Assembly: GCA_039816045.1 (NCBI GenBank)
Contig: JBCBYB010000009.1
Location: 55,791-119,790 of the forward strand
From: Pseudomonadota bacterium
Lineage (GTDB): Bacteria; Pseudomonadota; Alphaproteobacteria; Rhodobacterales; Rhodobacteraceae
Direction of reading: 5' to 3'
DNA: 64,000 nucleotides
Shown here: piece after piece, positions 28,801 through 37,197 of the stretch
Numbering within the stretch: position 1 is the first letter of the stretch
How the letters are laid out: each line of letters starts with the position of its first letter
Translations under genes and position numbers: made by a program
The notes under the pieces: generated by a model
The model's input: the letters and a program-made list of their open reading frames with translations, nothing else
Database searches by the model: none
Told to the model about the DNA's origin: nothing

Positions 28801-29010
28801 GAGGAGGACGACGAGGAGGTGATGGAACTGGATGCCGCGCGCCTGCAGGATGGCTTGGCCGGCGAGCGCGAGCACGCCGAGGAGCATCACCGTCGCGAGC
28901 AGCCCCGTATAGTCGTTGGCTGTCCCAGTGCCGACATTCCCCATGATGGCGGCGACGCCGTTGACGATGTCGGCGAGGAAGGCGAGATCGCCGAAGACGA
29001 GCCAGTCCAT
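25852..29010 (-). CDS. traG: TraG mating-pair stabilisation protein (TraG_N)
   Basis: FGDLAFLADIVNGVAA, VANVPLGIA, several N-terminal TMs and long polar C-terminus; last large gene of the tra operon. Confidence 0.93.
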   Translation of the reverse strand: MDWLVFGDLAFLADIVNGVAAIMGNVGTGTANDYTGLLATVMLLGVLALAGQAILQARGIQFHHLLVVLLVWGVLFVPKTTVTMENVYTGQTRTVANVPLGIAFTGSLLSRIGYALTDMTETAFSYPGITEDGFASALETWSILRRAASFPDTYAAASEAAGGDFRRSWVMYVSTCTSFGLDMGAIQRTALSSAILVHEALKFENAAFGTFNHIGAGSNEDCVEGHTELVQWSHTSFIPALKAQVLADLFHDPARAIAPTEAVVNERVGELFEIFGLPPGVSTDEALLSLFVGPLVDMGAMRRLQLDMKEGFAVALADAIRQRNAQWIAQGNIFESYTRPLISFVEGFFYAMAPIVLVAAVMGFSGFRIVSRYVLIGLWIQFWAPTLAFINLYILHSLASDIASLDGAGLPFTSLGGQFSADDEVQKQLAVAGLFASSVPILSLLLITGSVYSFNTIAARAGGPDTFDERVPAPSSIAKQPLLMVESPMRETPVAGFHVNGAQSVLPRFTFSAANTESVTAAERAMQSERLQFSQALDRALSSSRGSETRSTSGTLWTDSERAENSEVYGLLQNEAFSRAYRVARGSSENDVEAMSRLATAGANMGASRGTGGPSRGGTRSAGVNAGIDGRHESTERFVSSDDRNVSNEMQRAFQENEGLQSAFQMAFARDIQRGLTQSGFNSSAFTETEALRREASEAVGAERSYEKALTRSETGGFSQEMGLVEAANLVVESGAYKKLKYELMENGYANRADWWSDRYTHDMGVFTSAPGQIQRSYAAGGLTALREAGDYRLLNEILGSVGLQAGPAGDPRASRIEIPEIGIARDFGGRERGVGGADLSMGAAPVDNAGEMRTPRSVYEARRAELGETQGGREERFIRDRDFAAEIRAVDGHGDRGLLDDALDGYNRVKATILGSVTGPESEADRRQAYWRAVIEGGGSTTAGDYFAELMEKPGQQNDRMYALEDQIRQEFGNRDSLAASVIYDLKRAASGRTTNVESILSDVGMRYDERREWPQTDEFRPRTGDGGSDDPPTGEPLRQNVYGTSDDARR

Positions 29011-29014
29011 CGCC

Positions 29015-30412
29015 CTACTCCGCGCTGAAGCTGGCGAGGGCGGTTTCGGCCTCGGGCTGCATCACCAGAAAGAAGCCCTCGTAGATGCGCATCAGCTCCG
29101 CGAGGTTGCCGTGCTTCCTCTGAAGCCGCGCGATCTCGGCATCGTTGGCGCGCACCGCCGCGGCCATGACCTCGGCGAGTTTCACGCTGTAGCCATCCTC
29201 GATGGTGCCGGCGGCGCGCTGTGCGGCGGCGTGGAGATCGCGGACCATCTGCGCGGTGAGCTCGAGGGCGAGCTGGAAGGCGGCCTCGCGGGCGAAGGTG
29301 ATCGCCGCCTGCTCGGAGATGCTGGCAAGCCGCACGAAGTAGGCGCCCGTCGAGCCGGGCAGGGCGGCCACGAGGCTCCGGGTCGGCGCGTCGAGCCCGC
29401 CGTCCCGCATCTGTCGAAGCGCCCCGGTGTCGGGATCGGTCAGGCGGTGGAAGACGGCCTGCGCGAAGCCTTCCTCGCCCCAGTCGCTCTCGACCATGGC
29501 GGGCGCAAGGCAGCCGTCCTCGCCTTCCCCGTTGCAGCTCATGTACCGGGTGACCGAGCCGTCGATCCAGGATTCGATGAGGCCGGGATCGCCATTGATG
29601 GTCGCGATCTCGAAGCTGTCGGCGCCCTCGTCGTAGTCGACGATGACGGTGCCGGAGATCGTCATCATGATCGAGAGGATCTCGTCGTCGCCACCGGCCT
29701 CGAACCAGTCATCGACGCTCGAGGATTTAAGCGCGCGCCAGACGAGGTTGCCGGTGAGCCGCTCCTCCATCTGATCGGGTGCGGAGGCCGCGACCGCCTC
29801 GGTCGGCGACTGGCCGGTCGAGGTCGACCAGCTCTCGAAGACATCGCCGATGCCCTCGACCGTCGCGATGGTCGAGGCCTCGCCGTATCTTTTGCCGGTG
29901 AGCGCTGACGCAGTGTCGTTGACGATGCCCTGGGCCAGCTGACAGCTGTTCCCGAAATGTTGGTTCAGCTCCTGGATCTTGCGCTGCAGCGTCTCGATGG
30001 TGCGCATGCATTGCGGGCAGACCCCGTCGAGGGCGAGCTGGAAGGCATAGCCGACGGCGTTCGAGGCGACGGCGCGCATGAGCTCGACGAACTGCTCGGC
30101 GTTGATGAAGCTGAAGGAGCCTGTGAAGAAGTCGATCCCGCCGCAGCCCGCCCGAAAGTTCGGCGGCGTGAAGGCGACGAGGTTCGGATCGACGATGCGG
30201 TTGCGCACATAGAGACTGCCGCCGGAGATCTCGCCCCGCCGCTGGGTTTCGTAGAAGCCGGGCGGCGTGGCGTTGACCATGTTGTCGAACATTGCGCTCA
30301 TCTGCTCGCGCATGCCGGCGGAGGCCGGCGGGGCAGGGACGGCCAGAGCCGCGAACAGGGCTGCAATCACGGCAGCCCGGCCTCGCCGCATCGATGGGTT
30401 AAAGACAATCAT
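29015..30412 (-). CDS. traH: TraH pilus assembly protein
   Basis: FTPPNFRAGCGGIDFFTGSFSFINAEQFV and AFQLALDGVCPQC motifs. Confidence 0.95.
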   Translation of the reverse strand: MIVFNPSMRRGRAAVIAALFAALAVPAPPASAGMREQMSAMFDNMVNATPPGFYETQRRGEISGGSLYVRNRIVDPNLVAFTPPNFRAGCGGIDFFTGSFSFINAEQFVELMRAVASNAVGYAFQLALDGVCPQCMRTIETLQRKIQELNQHFGNSCQLAQGIVNDTASALTGKRYGEASTIATVEGIGDVFESWSTSTGQSPTEAVAASAPDQMEERLTGNLVWRALKSSSVDDWFEAGGDDEILSIMMTISGTVIVDYDEGADSFEIATINGDPGLIESWIDGSVTRYMSCNGEGEDGCLAPAMVESDWGEEGFAQAVFHRLTDPDTGALRQMRDGGLDAPTRSLVAALPGSTGAYFVRLASISEQAAITFAREAAFQLALELTAQMVRDLHAAAQRAAGTIEDGYSVKLAEVMAAAVRANDAEIARLQRKHGNLAELMRIYEGFFLVMQPEAETALASFSAE

Positions 30413-30660
30413 CGCGTTTCTCCCTTCTCGCTCGCGCGGGCGTCCGTGCCGCCGGTCACCTCCGCGTCCTCGCCGACCCAGGCCGCGCAGAGCCCCGCTG
30501 CCATGCGGCGAAGCCAGGGGCGGAGATCGGCGGGCACCCAGACCGTCACTTCCGTGAACCCTTCTTCGCGTCGCCGTCGTCGGAGGCTCCGCATGCGTTC
30601 CCTCGGGCCCTCGCGCCCGCCGGCGCGGCCGCGCTCAGGCTCGTCATGGTCGCTCGTCAT
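30409..30660 (-). CDS. Small hypothetical protein (MazE-like/DUF3018-like)
   Basis: RMRSLRRRRREEGFTEVTVWVPAD; coupled to traF and traH by 4-bp overlaps. Confidence 0.6.
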   Translation of the reverse strand: MTSDHDEPERGRAGGREGPRERMRSLRRRRREEGFTEVTVWVPADLRPWLRRMAAGLCAAWVGEDAEVTGGTDARASEKGETR

Positions 30661-31625
30661 GGCACCCCGTCGCCGGCCATCCGGCCGCGCAGCCAGGCGA
30701 CGAGCCGGTCGGGATCCTCGAGGATCTCCGGATCGATCTCGGCGGGGCTGACCTCCGCCGTGCTGCGCTGGACCGGCAGCGTCGCCTCCCAGGCCTCCTC
30801 CGAGACCCAGCCCGCCTGTTTCGCGACGAGGAGGATGCGCCGCTCAAGATCGGTCCGGGTCATCAGGCCCTGGCCGACGAGCCGGATCTCGCCCGGCGGG
30901 CGCATGAGGGCGATCGCCGGCACGGTGCGCACGCCGAGCAGCGCCGCCTGGCCGCGATCCGGCACCCAGTCCACCTGGAAGGCGCCCGAGGTCATCGGTC
31001 GGCCGTCGAGCGCGACCGCCATCACCTCGAGCCCGGTCGTCCGTTCGATCGCTTCTAGCAGCGGTGCCTGCTGTTCGCAGTAGGGGCAGGTCGAGGCATA
31101 GAAGAAGACGAGGCCGGTCTGGCGTGCGAGATGGGCGAGGAGCGCCTGCCGTGCGCGATGCGCCTGCGCATCCATCGCCTGGGCCCCGAAGCTCGCGATC
31201 GGCCGCTCGGCATTGGCGTCGAGCAGCGGATCGCCGAGTGTGACCGCCTGGGTCGCCCGGGCGAAGGCCGAGGCGCGGTCCATCGCGACCCGCTGGAGCA
31301 TGAGATAGGCGCGCACCTTCGCGGGTGTCGGATCGTCGACGGCGGCATCGCGATAGCGGTCGAGGTTCTCCCGGAGCCAGGCGGAGGAGAGCGGGGTCGG
31401 GCCGCTTGGTGCGGGTGGCGATGCGCCGGCCTCCTCGGGGTCTGCCAGCGGCTCCTCCTCAAGACGTGGCTCTGCGGGGGACGGTGCTTCGAGCTCTCGC
31501 GGCGGGTCGTCGTACCAGAACCAGCCTTCGGCCCTGCCAGCGTGGAAGCCTTTCGGTGCTTCCTCGCCGGCTGCAGCGCCGGCAAGACAAAGAGCGAGAA
31601 AGGAGAGAGGGATCGGTGGTCTCAT
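30657..31625 (-). CDS. traF: TraF thioredoxin-like pilus assembly protein
   Basis: EGWFWYDDP, DAAVDDPTPAKVRAY and LVFFYASTCPYC motifs; start MRPPIP at 31625. Confidence 0.93.
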   Translation of the reverse strand: MRPPIPLSFLALCLAGAAAGEEAPKGFHAGRAEGWFWYDDPPRELEAPSPAEPRLEEEPLADPEEAGASPPAPSGPTPLSSAWLRENLDRYRDAAVDDPTPAKVRAYLMLQRVAMDRASAFARATQAVTLGDPLLDANAERPIASFGAQAMDAQAHRARQALLAHLARQTGLVFFYASTCPYCEQQAPLLEAIERTTGLEVMAVALDGRPMTSGAFQVDWVPDRGQAALLGVRTVPAIALMRPPGEIRLVGQGLMTRTDLERRILLVAKQAGWVSEEAWEATLPVQRSTAEVSPAEIDPEILEDPDRLVAWLRGRMAGDGVP

Positions 31626-32536
31626 TGGGAGGCCTCTGGCGCGGCCGCGATCGGCCTGGAGGCGCCCCAGCCGAGGAGCCGGACGCCGTCCTCTGTGCCA
31701 AGACCTTCTGCGAAGAAATGCGCGCGGCCGCGATGAAAGAGCACCGGGGCGGGCAGGAGGCGAAGCGCGCCGGTCTCGTCTGGCATGCCGATGCGGTTGG
31801 CGGGGATAGAGAGGAAGGCCCAGTCCGGGAGCCGCGCCGAGACGCCGGTCAGGAGCGGCAGCTCGTCGACAACGGGCAGGTAGCGGACAACATCGAAGCC
31901 CGGGACGATGAGCATTCGATCGACCCGCCAGGCCGACCCGCCGGTGAGTGGAGAGGCGTCGATGAGCTCGGCCTCGTCGTCTTCCCGGACGCGCAGCCGG
32001 TGGAAACACTCGCCACGCTCGAGCACCCGGCAGGCCGGCAGGGACCAGTGTAGCGTCGTCGCCTTGGCGATAAGCGGCCCGCCGAGCATCTCGACGCTCG
32101 TCGTCAGTGGATCGATCTCTGGTTTGGGGCCCTCCAGATCGCGGGCAGCGTCCTGCATCGCCTCGGAGACAAGACCGTAGAAGGCGTCGAGCGCCTCCTG
32201 TCCGCTGCTGCCGAGATCCTGCGGTGCGAAGCCGAAAATGCGCACGCGCTCGATTTCTCCGCGCCGATCCGGTCGGAGAAGCGAGGCCGCCCCTGCCCCG
32301 GTGTTGCCGAGGGCGAGAAGGCCGATGCCGGGCAAGAGACTGCCCGAGCGCGCGCGGAGCGGCGCGACCGGCTGGGCCGAGGCGACGATCGTTTCGGCAT
32401 CGCCCGGTCCCTCAATTTCTGCGGCAGCGAGGATGCGCGCGGCAAAGCTGGGTGGCCCTGAGGACGGCGTACCGTCGGACGCGGTGCAGGCGCCAGCGCC
32501 CAGAAGGCCGAGAAGAAGAAGGCGGGCGGTCACCAT
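31622..32536 (-). CDS. Lipoprotein of unknown function within the tra operon
   Basis: Lipobox-like LLGAGAC after a hydrophobic stretch; overlaps both neighbours. Confidence 0.75.
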   Translation of the reverse strand: MVTARLLLLGLLGAGACTASDGTPSSGPPSFAARILAAAEIEGPGDAETIVASAQPVAPLRARSGSLLPGIGLLALGNTGAGAASLLRPDRRGEIERVRIFGFAPQDLGSSGQEALDAFYGLVSEAMQDAARDLEGPKPEIDPLTTSVEMLGGPLIAKATTLHWSLPACRVLERGECFHRLRVREDDEAELIDASPLTGGSAWRVDRMLIVPGFDVVRYLPVVDELPLLTGVSARLPDWAFLSIPANRIGMPDETGALRLLPAPVLFHRGRAHFFAEGLGTEDGVRLLGWGASRPIAAAPEASQ

Positions 32537-33084
32537 CGGCGCCCCTCCTGGCCGACATCGATATGCAGGAAGCGCCGGTAGCGGCCGATGCCGGCGGCGC
32601 CGGCCGCCTCGGCGAGGGCGGTGAGGCGCGCGAGATCGACGCCCTCCATGAGAAGATCGGCGGCTCGGCCGTGGATATGCTGGCTGTTCCGCGCAGCCCC
32701 CTCGATCCTCGCGTTGCGCTCGGGCGTCCGGTAGCCGGAGGTCAGGACGAAGCGGCGAGGACGGTCATCCTCGAGCGCCGCGCGGGTCTGGATCCAGGCG
32801 AGGATGTCGAAGAGCCGGTAGTCGATCCACACGGCGCGGTCCGCATCGCGCCAGTCCCGCCAGAGCCAGGAGAGCCGGTCGATGCCCTCGGGGACAAGCA
32901 GCCCGTCGGGGGTCCGGAACCGGACATGCGCCTCCTCGCGCCCGCCGGGCTGGGCGACCCAGAGATGGGTCTGCCCGATCCCGGCAAAGCGGCTATCGAC
33001 GAGCCGGACGGCCGCCGGTGCCCGTGCCGCGAAACCCGTGCCGGCCACGGCGGCGAGACCGCAGAGGAACGCCCGCCGCCTCAT
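32530..33084 (-). CDS. YcbK/DUF882 peptidase M15A family protein with Tat signal
   Basis: MRRRAFLCG twin-arginine signal; SGYRTPERN, SQHIHGRAAD and FLHIDVG Zn-binding motifs. Confidence 0.92.
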   Translation of the reverse strand: MRRRAFLCGLAAVAGTGFAARAPAAVRLVDSRFAGIGQTHLWVAQPGGREEAHVRFRTPDGLLVPEGIDRLSWLWRDWRDADRAVWIDYRLFDILAWIQTRAALEDDRPRRFVLTSGYRTPERNARIEGAARNSQHIHGRAADLLMEGVDLARLTALAEAAGAAGIGRYRRFLHIDVGQEGRRW

Positions 33085-33518
33085 TGGACCGCTCCCTCAA
33101 GCGCCTGTCGCTCGGCAGTGGCGGCTTCGCGCAGCTCGCCGAGGAGGGACCTGATGTGGTCACGACGGCTTGCAGATGCCGCCGCAGGGTCGCGATGTGT
33201 CTCGGCTTCGGGTTGCTGAGCCTGGTCCACGAGCACCTCGACCAGGATCGGTTCTCCGGGCTTCATGCCGAACTGCACGGCCATCGCCGACGAGACGGAG
33301 AGCAGGCCCGTCTCGGCGCCGATCACGGTGCCGACAGGCAGGACGGTGACAGGCGACAGCATGACATCGGGGGCGAGGGCGATGCCCTCCGCCGCAAACC
33401 AGAGCCCGGGACCTGTGTCCTTGCCGTCCCAGACCGCGATCAGATAGCGGGGCAATGCGTCTGCCGCCGCGGTGGCCGTCAACGCAATCAGAGCGAAGGT
33501 CAGGGCTGTCCGTCGCAT
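33081..33518 (-). CDS. Secreted hypothetical protein
   Basis: ATG overlaps the traN stop; signal peptide MRRTALTFALIALTATAAADA. Confidence 0.7.
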   Translation of the reverse strand: MRRTALTFALIALTATAAADALPRYLIAVWDGKDTGPGLWFAAEGIALAPDVMLSPVTVLPVGTVIGAETGLLSVSSAMAVQFGMKPGEPILVEVLVDQAQQPEAETHRDPAAASASRRDHIRSLLGELREAATAERQALEGAVQ

Positions 33519-36085
33519 CAGTCGTTCGCCTCCCTGAGGTCTTCGCGGGCCTCGCGCTCGATTCCCTCGGCATCGATCTGGCCGGTGCGCCCGGCGGTGC
33601 GGTCGAGTGCGTCGAGCCGCTCGACGCCGGCCGGCATGCTCTGGGTGATGTTGCGCCCCTCGCCGGTCAGCCCTTCGAGGCCGAAGTCGGTGCCGTCCGG
33701 CATCGCACCGGTGTCGAGCAGGATGTCGGTCCACTCGTCGAGATTGATCTCCGTGAGATCGAGATCGTTGAACTGGGCCGGCGTGAAGCCGTGGCATTGC
33801 GGGCGCTTGGCCGAACCCCAGGAGATGCCATTCGTGCGCCGGATCTCCTCCTGCATGATGCGGGTCAGCGGCGAGGAGAAGCAGCAATAACCCTTGGCGC
33901 GGACGAGACAGACGCCCAGAACCTTTCGCCGGCAATAGGTCCCGTTGAAGTGGCAGGATTTGAGGTCGCGCTTGATCGCAAGATCCAGCTCCTGGTCGGT
34001 GCAGGGCCAGATGATCTGGATGAGGAGCTCGACGATCTTGTAGACCGTGTAGACGATCATGACGACGCTGATGACGGAGGCAACCGCGCTCAGCGCGGTG
34101 CCGAGCGCCACGTCCGTCGCAATCGTGCCTGCCGCCGTGACGGCGGAGCCGGTGGCGCTGCTCGCCGAGGTGAAGAGCGCGTTGACGGCCGCCTCCCCGA
34201 AGAGCTCGAGGGTCCATTCGGCGGCCTGTTTCACTAGGGCATCGCCGATGGCGGCCTTGAGGCCCTCGGCGGCCACATCGCTGACATTCAGCACCTCGGT
34301 GCCGGCAACCGAGTTGAAGGCCGAGGCGAAGTTCGTCGAGATGAAGCTGGTGGCTTGCGCGAAGGGGCTCGAGACCAGCTCCCAGGCGCCACGGATCGTG
34401 TCCGAGCTCTCCAGAAGGCCGAGGGAACTCTCCAGGTCGGCGACGCGGAAGGCGAGGGACATGTAGGAGGCGAGCGAGACGCCGCCGGGGCTTTCGCAGC
34501 AGTTCTGGAGCCCAAAAACCGCGATCTTGCAGCTCTGCGCCTGGCCCTTGTAGATCTCGCATTGCGCTGGATCCGCGACCGGCGCGTCGGCCGTGCCGCA
34601 GTCCATGTCCATCGCCGTGAACTTCGTCGCCGTCAGATGCGAGGCGACGGCGTTGAAGGATGTGTTGGTCTCGTAGACCGGCTGGTAGAACTCCTCGCCC
34701 TGGCCGCGGATGCCCGAGGCGTCGATCGCGGGGCAGATGAGCCCGTGCTCGGTCGAGGGCGTCTCGACCCTCTCCTCGACGGCGCATCGATAGATGTCCT
34801 CGAAGGCGCGGTGCGAGGGATCGGGCGTCTCCTCGATCAGCCGGCTCGCGATCCGCTCGCAAACCGCGTCGGCCTCGACCGGCGCGCAGGCGTCGTTCGC
34901 ATGGGCGACCGGCAGACAGGCCGAGACATCGCCGGTGATGCTGCGGGTGAGCGGCGCGAAGCGGTCATAGGCGGGGTCGAAGGGCGGCGGCGCGAGCGTC
35001 GCCTGCAGGACGGTGTCGCCCGGACAGATCTCGCCGATCCGGGTCGGGAGGCAGCCCGGGTTGCGGCTCGTATAGGCAGGCACGCAGTCGTTGGCCTCGA
35101 GGTCGACGAAGCCGAGGCTCACCTCCTCCGGCGTCCAGGTGCTGCCGTCGATGCGCTCGGCGGTGAAATTTGCTCGCACGGTGTAGCGCGGGCAGGTGGT
35201 GACCAACTCGGTCGTGGTGATCGGCGGATCGACGGAGGTGTCCGTGACCTCGACCTGGCGCTGGTAGCAGGTGTCGCCCGAGAGCGCGCCGCGGAGCGTC
35301 AGGTCGTTGTCGCAGGTCGGTGCCTGGGTCACCCGAACCGAGGTCCGGCTCGAGCTGGTCGAGGCGCCGTCGAAGCGGATGTTGTTATCGCGCCCCGGGC
35401 CGCAATACCGCTCGGCCGATCCGAAGGAGACCGTGACGCTCTCGGCCGTCCCGGAGACGCGGGTCGAGCGGGTGAGGCCAAGGAGGTCGCTGACGACGAC
35501 CTGGTCGGTGGTGTGGCTGCCCGTCGGCGGCGCAATCCGGGTGCAGGAGCGCCGCTCATAAAATGTGTGGGTGTCGATGGTCGGTGTGCCGTGGGTGAGG
35601 ACCGGCTGGCAGGCCTCGAACTCGGCAGAGACCCGCGACGCCTCGTTCAGGGTGCGGAGTGTGTCGTAGATCGGGTCCGACCCGATCTCGTAGGGCGCCG
35701 TCTCGCGGGTGGCTTCCCCGACGCCCCAGGCATCCCCATGCGGTGTCTCTGCCTCACCGGCCGTGTCGCCCGCGCGATAGGCCTCCTCGCGGAGCGCCGC
35801 ATCGTCGCCGAAGAGCGATCTGAGGGCATCGGCGTCACCGCTGCCGGTGGCACCCGGGAAGAGTGTCTCGACGCTGATCGCCGAGCCCGGCTCGATCGCG
35901 GGATCGTCGAACTCGACGATGTCGCCCGCGCCGAGCCGCATGGTCGAGGGATCGAACATCAGCCCTGAACCAAAGGCCTGGGCTTCGGCCGCGCGGTCCG
36001 CCATCTCATCAGCACGGGCGACGGCACCGAGCTGGTTCGCCAACATCACCGCGATCAGGCAGAGCGCCGTCAGCCGACGGCCCAT
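33518..36085 (-). CDS. traN: TraN mating-pair stabilisation adhesin
   Basis: Signal peptide; Cys-rich C-terminus (CEIYKGQAQSCKIAVFGLQNCC, CHFNGTYC, YCCFSSPLTRI, CHGFT). Confidence 0.93.
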   Translation of the reverse strand: MGRRLTALCLIAVMLANQLGAVARADEMADRAAEAQAFGSGLMFDPSTMRLGAGDIVEFDDPAIEPGSAISVETLFPGATGSGDADALRSLFGDDAALREEAYRAGDTAGEAETPHGDAWGVGEATRETAPYEIGSDPIYDTLRTLNEASRVSAEFEACQPVLTHGTPTIDTHTFYERRSCTRIAPPTGSHTTDQVVVSDLLGLTRSTRVSGTAESVTVSFGSAERYCGPGRDNNIRFDGASTSSSRTSVRVTQAPTCDNDLTLRGALSGDTCYQRQVEVTDTSVDPPITTTELVTTCPRYTVRANFTAERIDGSTWTPEEVSLGFVDLEANDCVPAYTSRNPGCLPTRIGEICPGDTVLQATLAPPPFDPAYDRFAPLTRSITGDVSACLPVAHANDACAPVEADAVCERIASRLIEETPDPSHRAFEDIYRCAVEERVETPSTEHGLICPAIDASGIRGQGEEFYQPVYETNTSFNAVASHLTATKFTAMDMDCGTADAPVADPAQCEIYKGQAQSCKIAVFGLQNCCESPGGVSLASYMSLAFRVADLESSLGLLESSDTIRGAWELVSSPFAQATSFISTNFASAFNSVAGTEVLNVSDVAAEGLKAAIGDALVKQAAEWTLELFGEAAVNALFTSASSATGSAVTAAGTIATDVALGTALSAVASVISVVMIVYTVYKIVELLIQIIWPCTDQELDLAIKRDLKSCHFNGTYCRRKVLGVCLVRAKGYCCFSSPLTRIMQEEIRRTNGISWGSAKRPQCHGFTPAQFNDLDLTEINLDEWTDILLDTGAMPDGTDFGLEGLTGEGRNITQSMPAGVERLDALDRTAGRTGQIDAEGIEREAREDLREAND

Positions 36086-37197
36086 CGAGCGACTACCGAT
36101 TGGGGGCCGCCACCTCGCGGGATCACTGCCATGCAGCAATCGTTCCAGCGCCAGATGAGATGCACGCTGTCGCCCTGGCCGGGGAGGTTCCGCCACTCGC
36201 CCCAGCTGAAGGTGTGCTCGCCGATGGCGTGCCGGCCATTTGCTTCGGCGACCGGGTGGTATTGCGAGAGCTCGTAGCCGGACTTCGTCATGAAGGGATC
36301 GATCCGGCCCTCGCAGAGCGTGTCCGATCCCATGGACCGCCGCGCGAGGCCCCGGCGGTGCATGGCGGCGAGCCCGCGGGCAGCCAGGAGGCTCGTGACC
36401 TCGACCTGGCTGTCCGGCGCAAGCACGGTGCCGGAGAGCGGGTAGAGGAGCCCCCAGCTGCCAGCGCACCAGAACAACTCGTCGATGGGCGCGCCGATAT
36501 TGGCCGAGACGGCATCGGCGATGCAGGCGGACTGGGCCGGCAGCGTCGAGGTGAGTGCGATCTCGGGCGTCGTCCAGTAGGCGAGCTCGTCATGGTTCCA
36601 GGTCGGGTCGAGCTCCGAGAAGTACATGACGTCGAGATCGACGAAGCCGTCCTGGATGCAGCGCGCGACCCCGAGGAGCTCGAGCATCATGAGGATCGGG
36701 AAGGCCCAGAGATGGTACTGGTAGAAGGCCTTGTCGCCCTGGGTGTGGTCGGGCAGGCCCTGCACGCCGCGGCGCATGACACCCATCCCGGGCAGGCTCG
36801 CGCCGCCGAGGATCGGGCTGCAGCCGGGGTTGCGCACGATCTCCATGAGGCGGGCGGGCTCCCACATCGAGACGGTGATGCCGAACTCCGGCACGCCGAG
36901 GCTGTCCTCGCAGACACACACGATGTCGTCGGCCGCCTTGTCGGGCACGCCGGTGCGGCGCCGCCGCTCGGCCTCCGGATCCGGCCCCGCGATGGCCTCG
37001 AGGCTGCCGAGGGGAATGCCGCCGATCCGGATCGGAAAGATGCAATCCCAGCAGAGATCGGAGATGAGGTTGGTGGCGAAGATCGAGCCGTCGTCGCAGC
37101 CGAGCACGGGGCCATCGCCGCCCTCGTCGATGCCTTGCGCCGCGGCCGATGGGACGAAACCGAGAAGAAGAAGGGCGAGAAGGGAGACGCGGGTCAT
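36070..37197 (-). CDS. traU: TraU
   Basis: DLCWDCIFPIRIGG, WEPARLMEIVRNPGC, YFSELDPTW and WRWNDCC motifs. Confidence 0.95.
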   Translation of the reverse strand: MTRVSLLALLLLGFVPSAAAQGIDEGGDGPVLGCDDGSIFATNLISDLCWDCIFPIRIGGIPLGSLEAIAGPDPEAERRRRTGVPDKAADDIVCVCEDSLGVPEFGITVSMWEPARLMEIVRNPGCSPILGGASLPGMGVMRRGVQGLPDHTQGDKAFYQYHLWAFPILMMLELLGVARCIQDGFVDLDVMYFSELDPTWNHDELAYWTTPEIALTSTLPAQSACIADAVSANIGAPIDELFWCAGSWGLLYPLSGTVLAPDSQVEVTSLLAARGLAAMHRRGLARRSMGSDTLCEGRIDPFMTKSGYELSQYHPVAEANGRHAIGEHTFSWGEWRNLPGQGDSVHLIWRWNDCCMAVIPRGGGPQSVVARWAVG

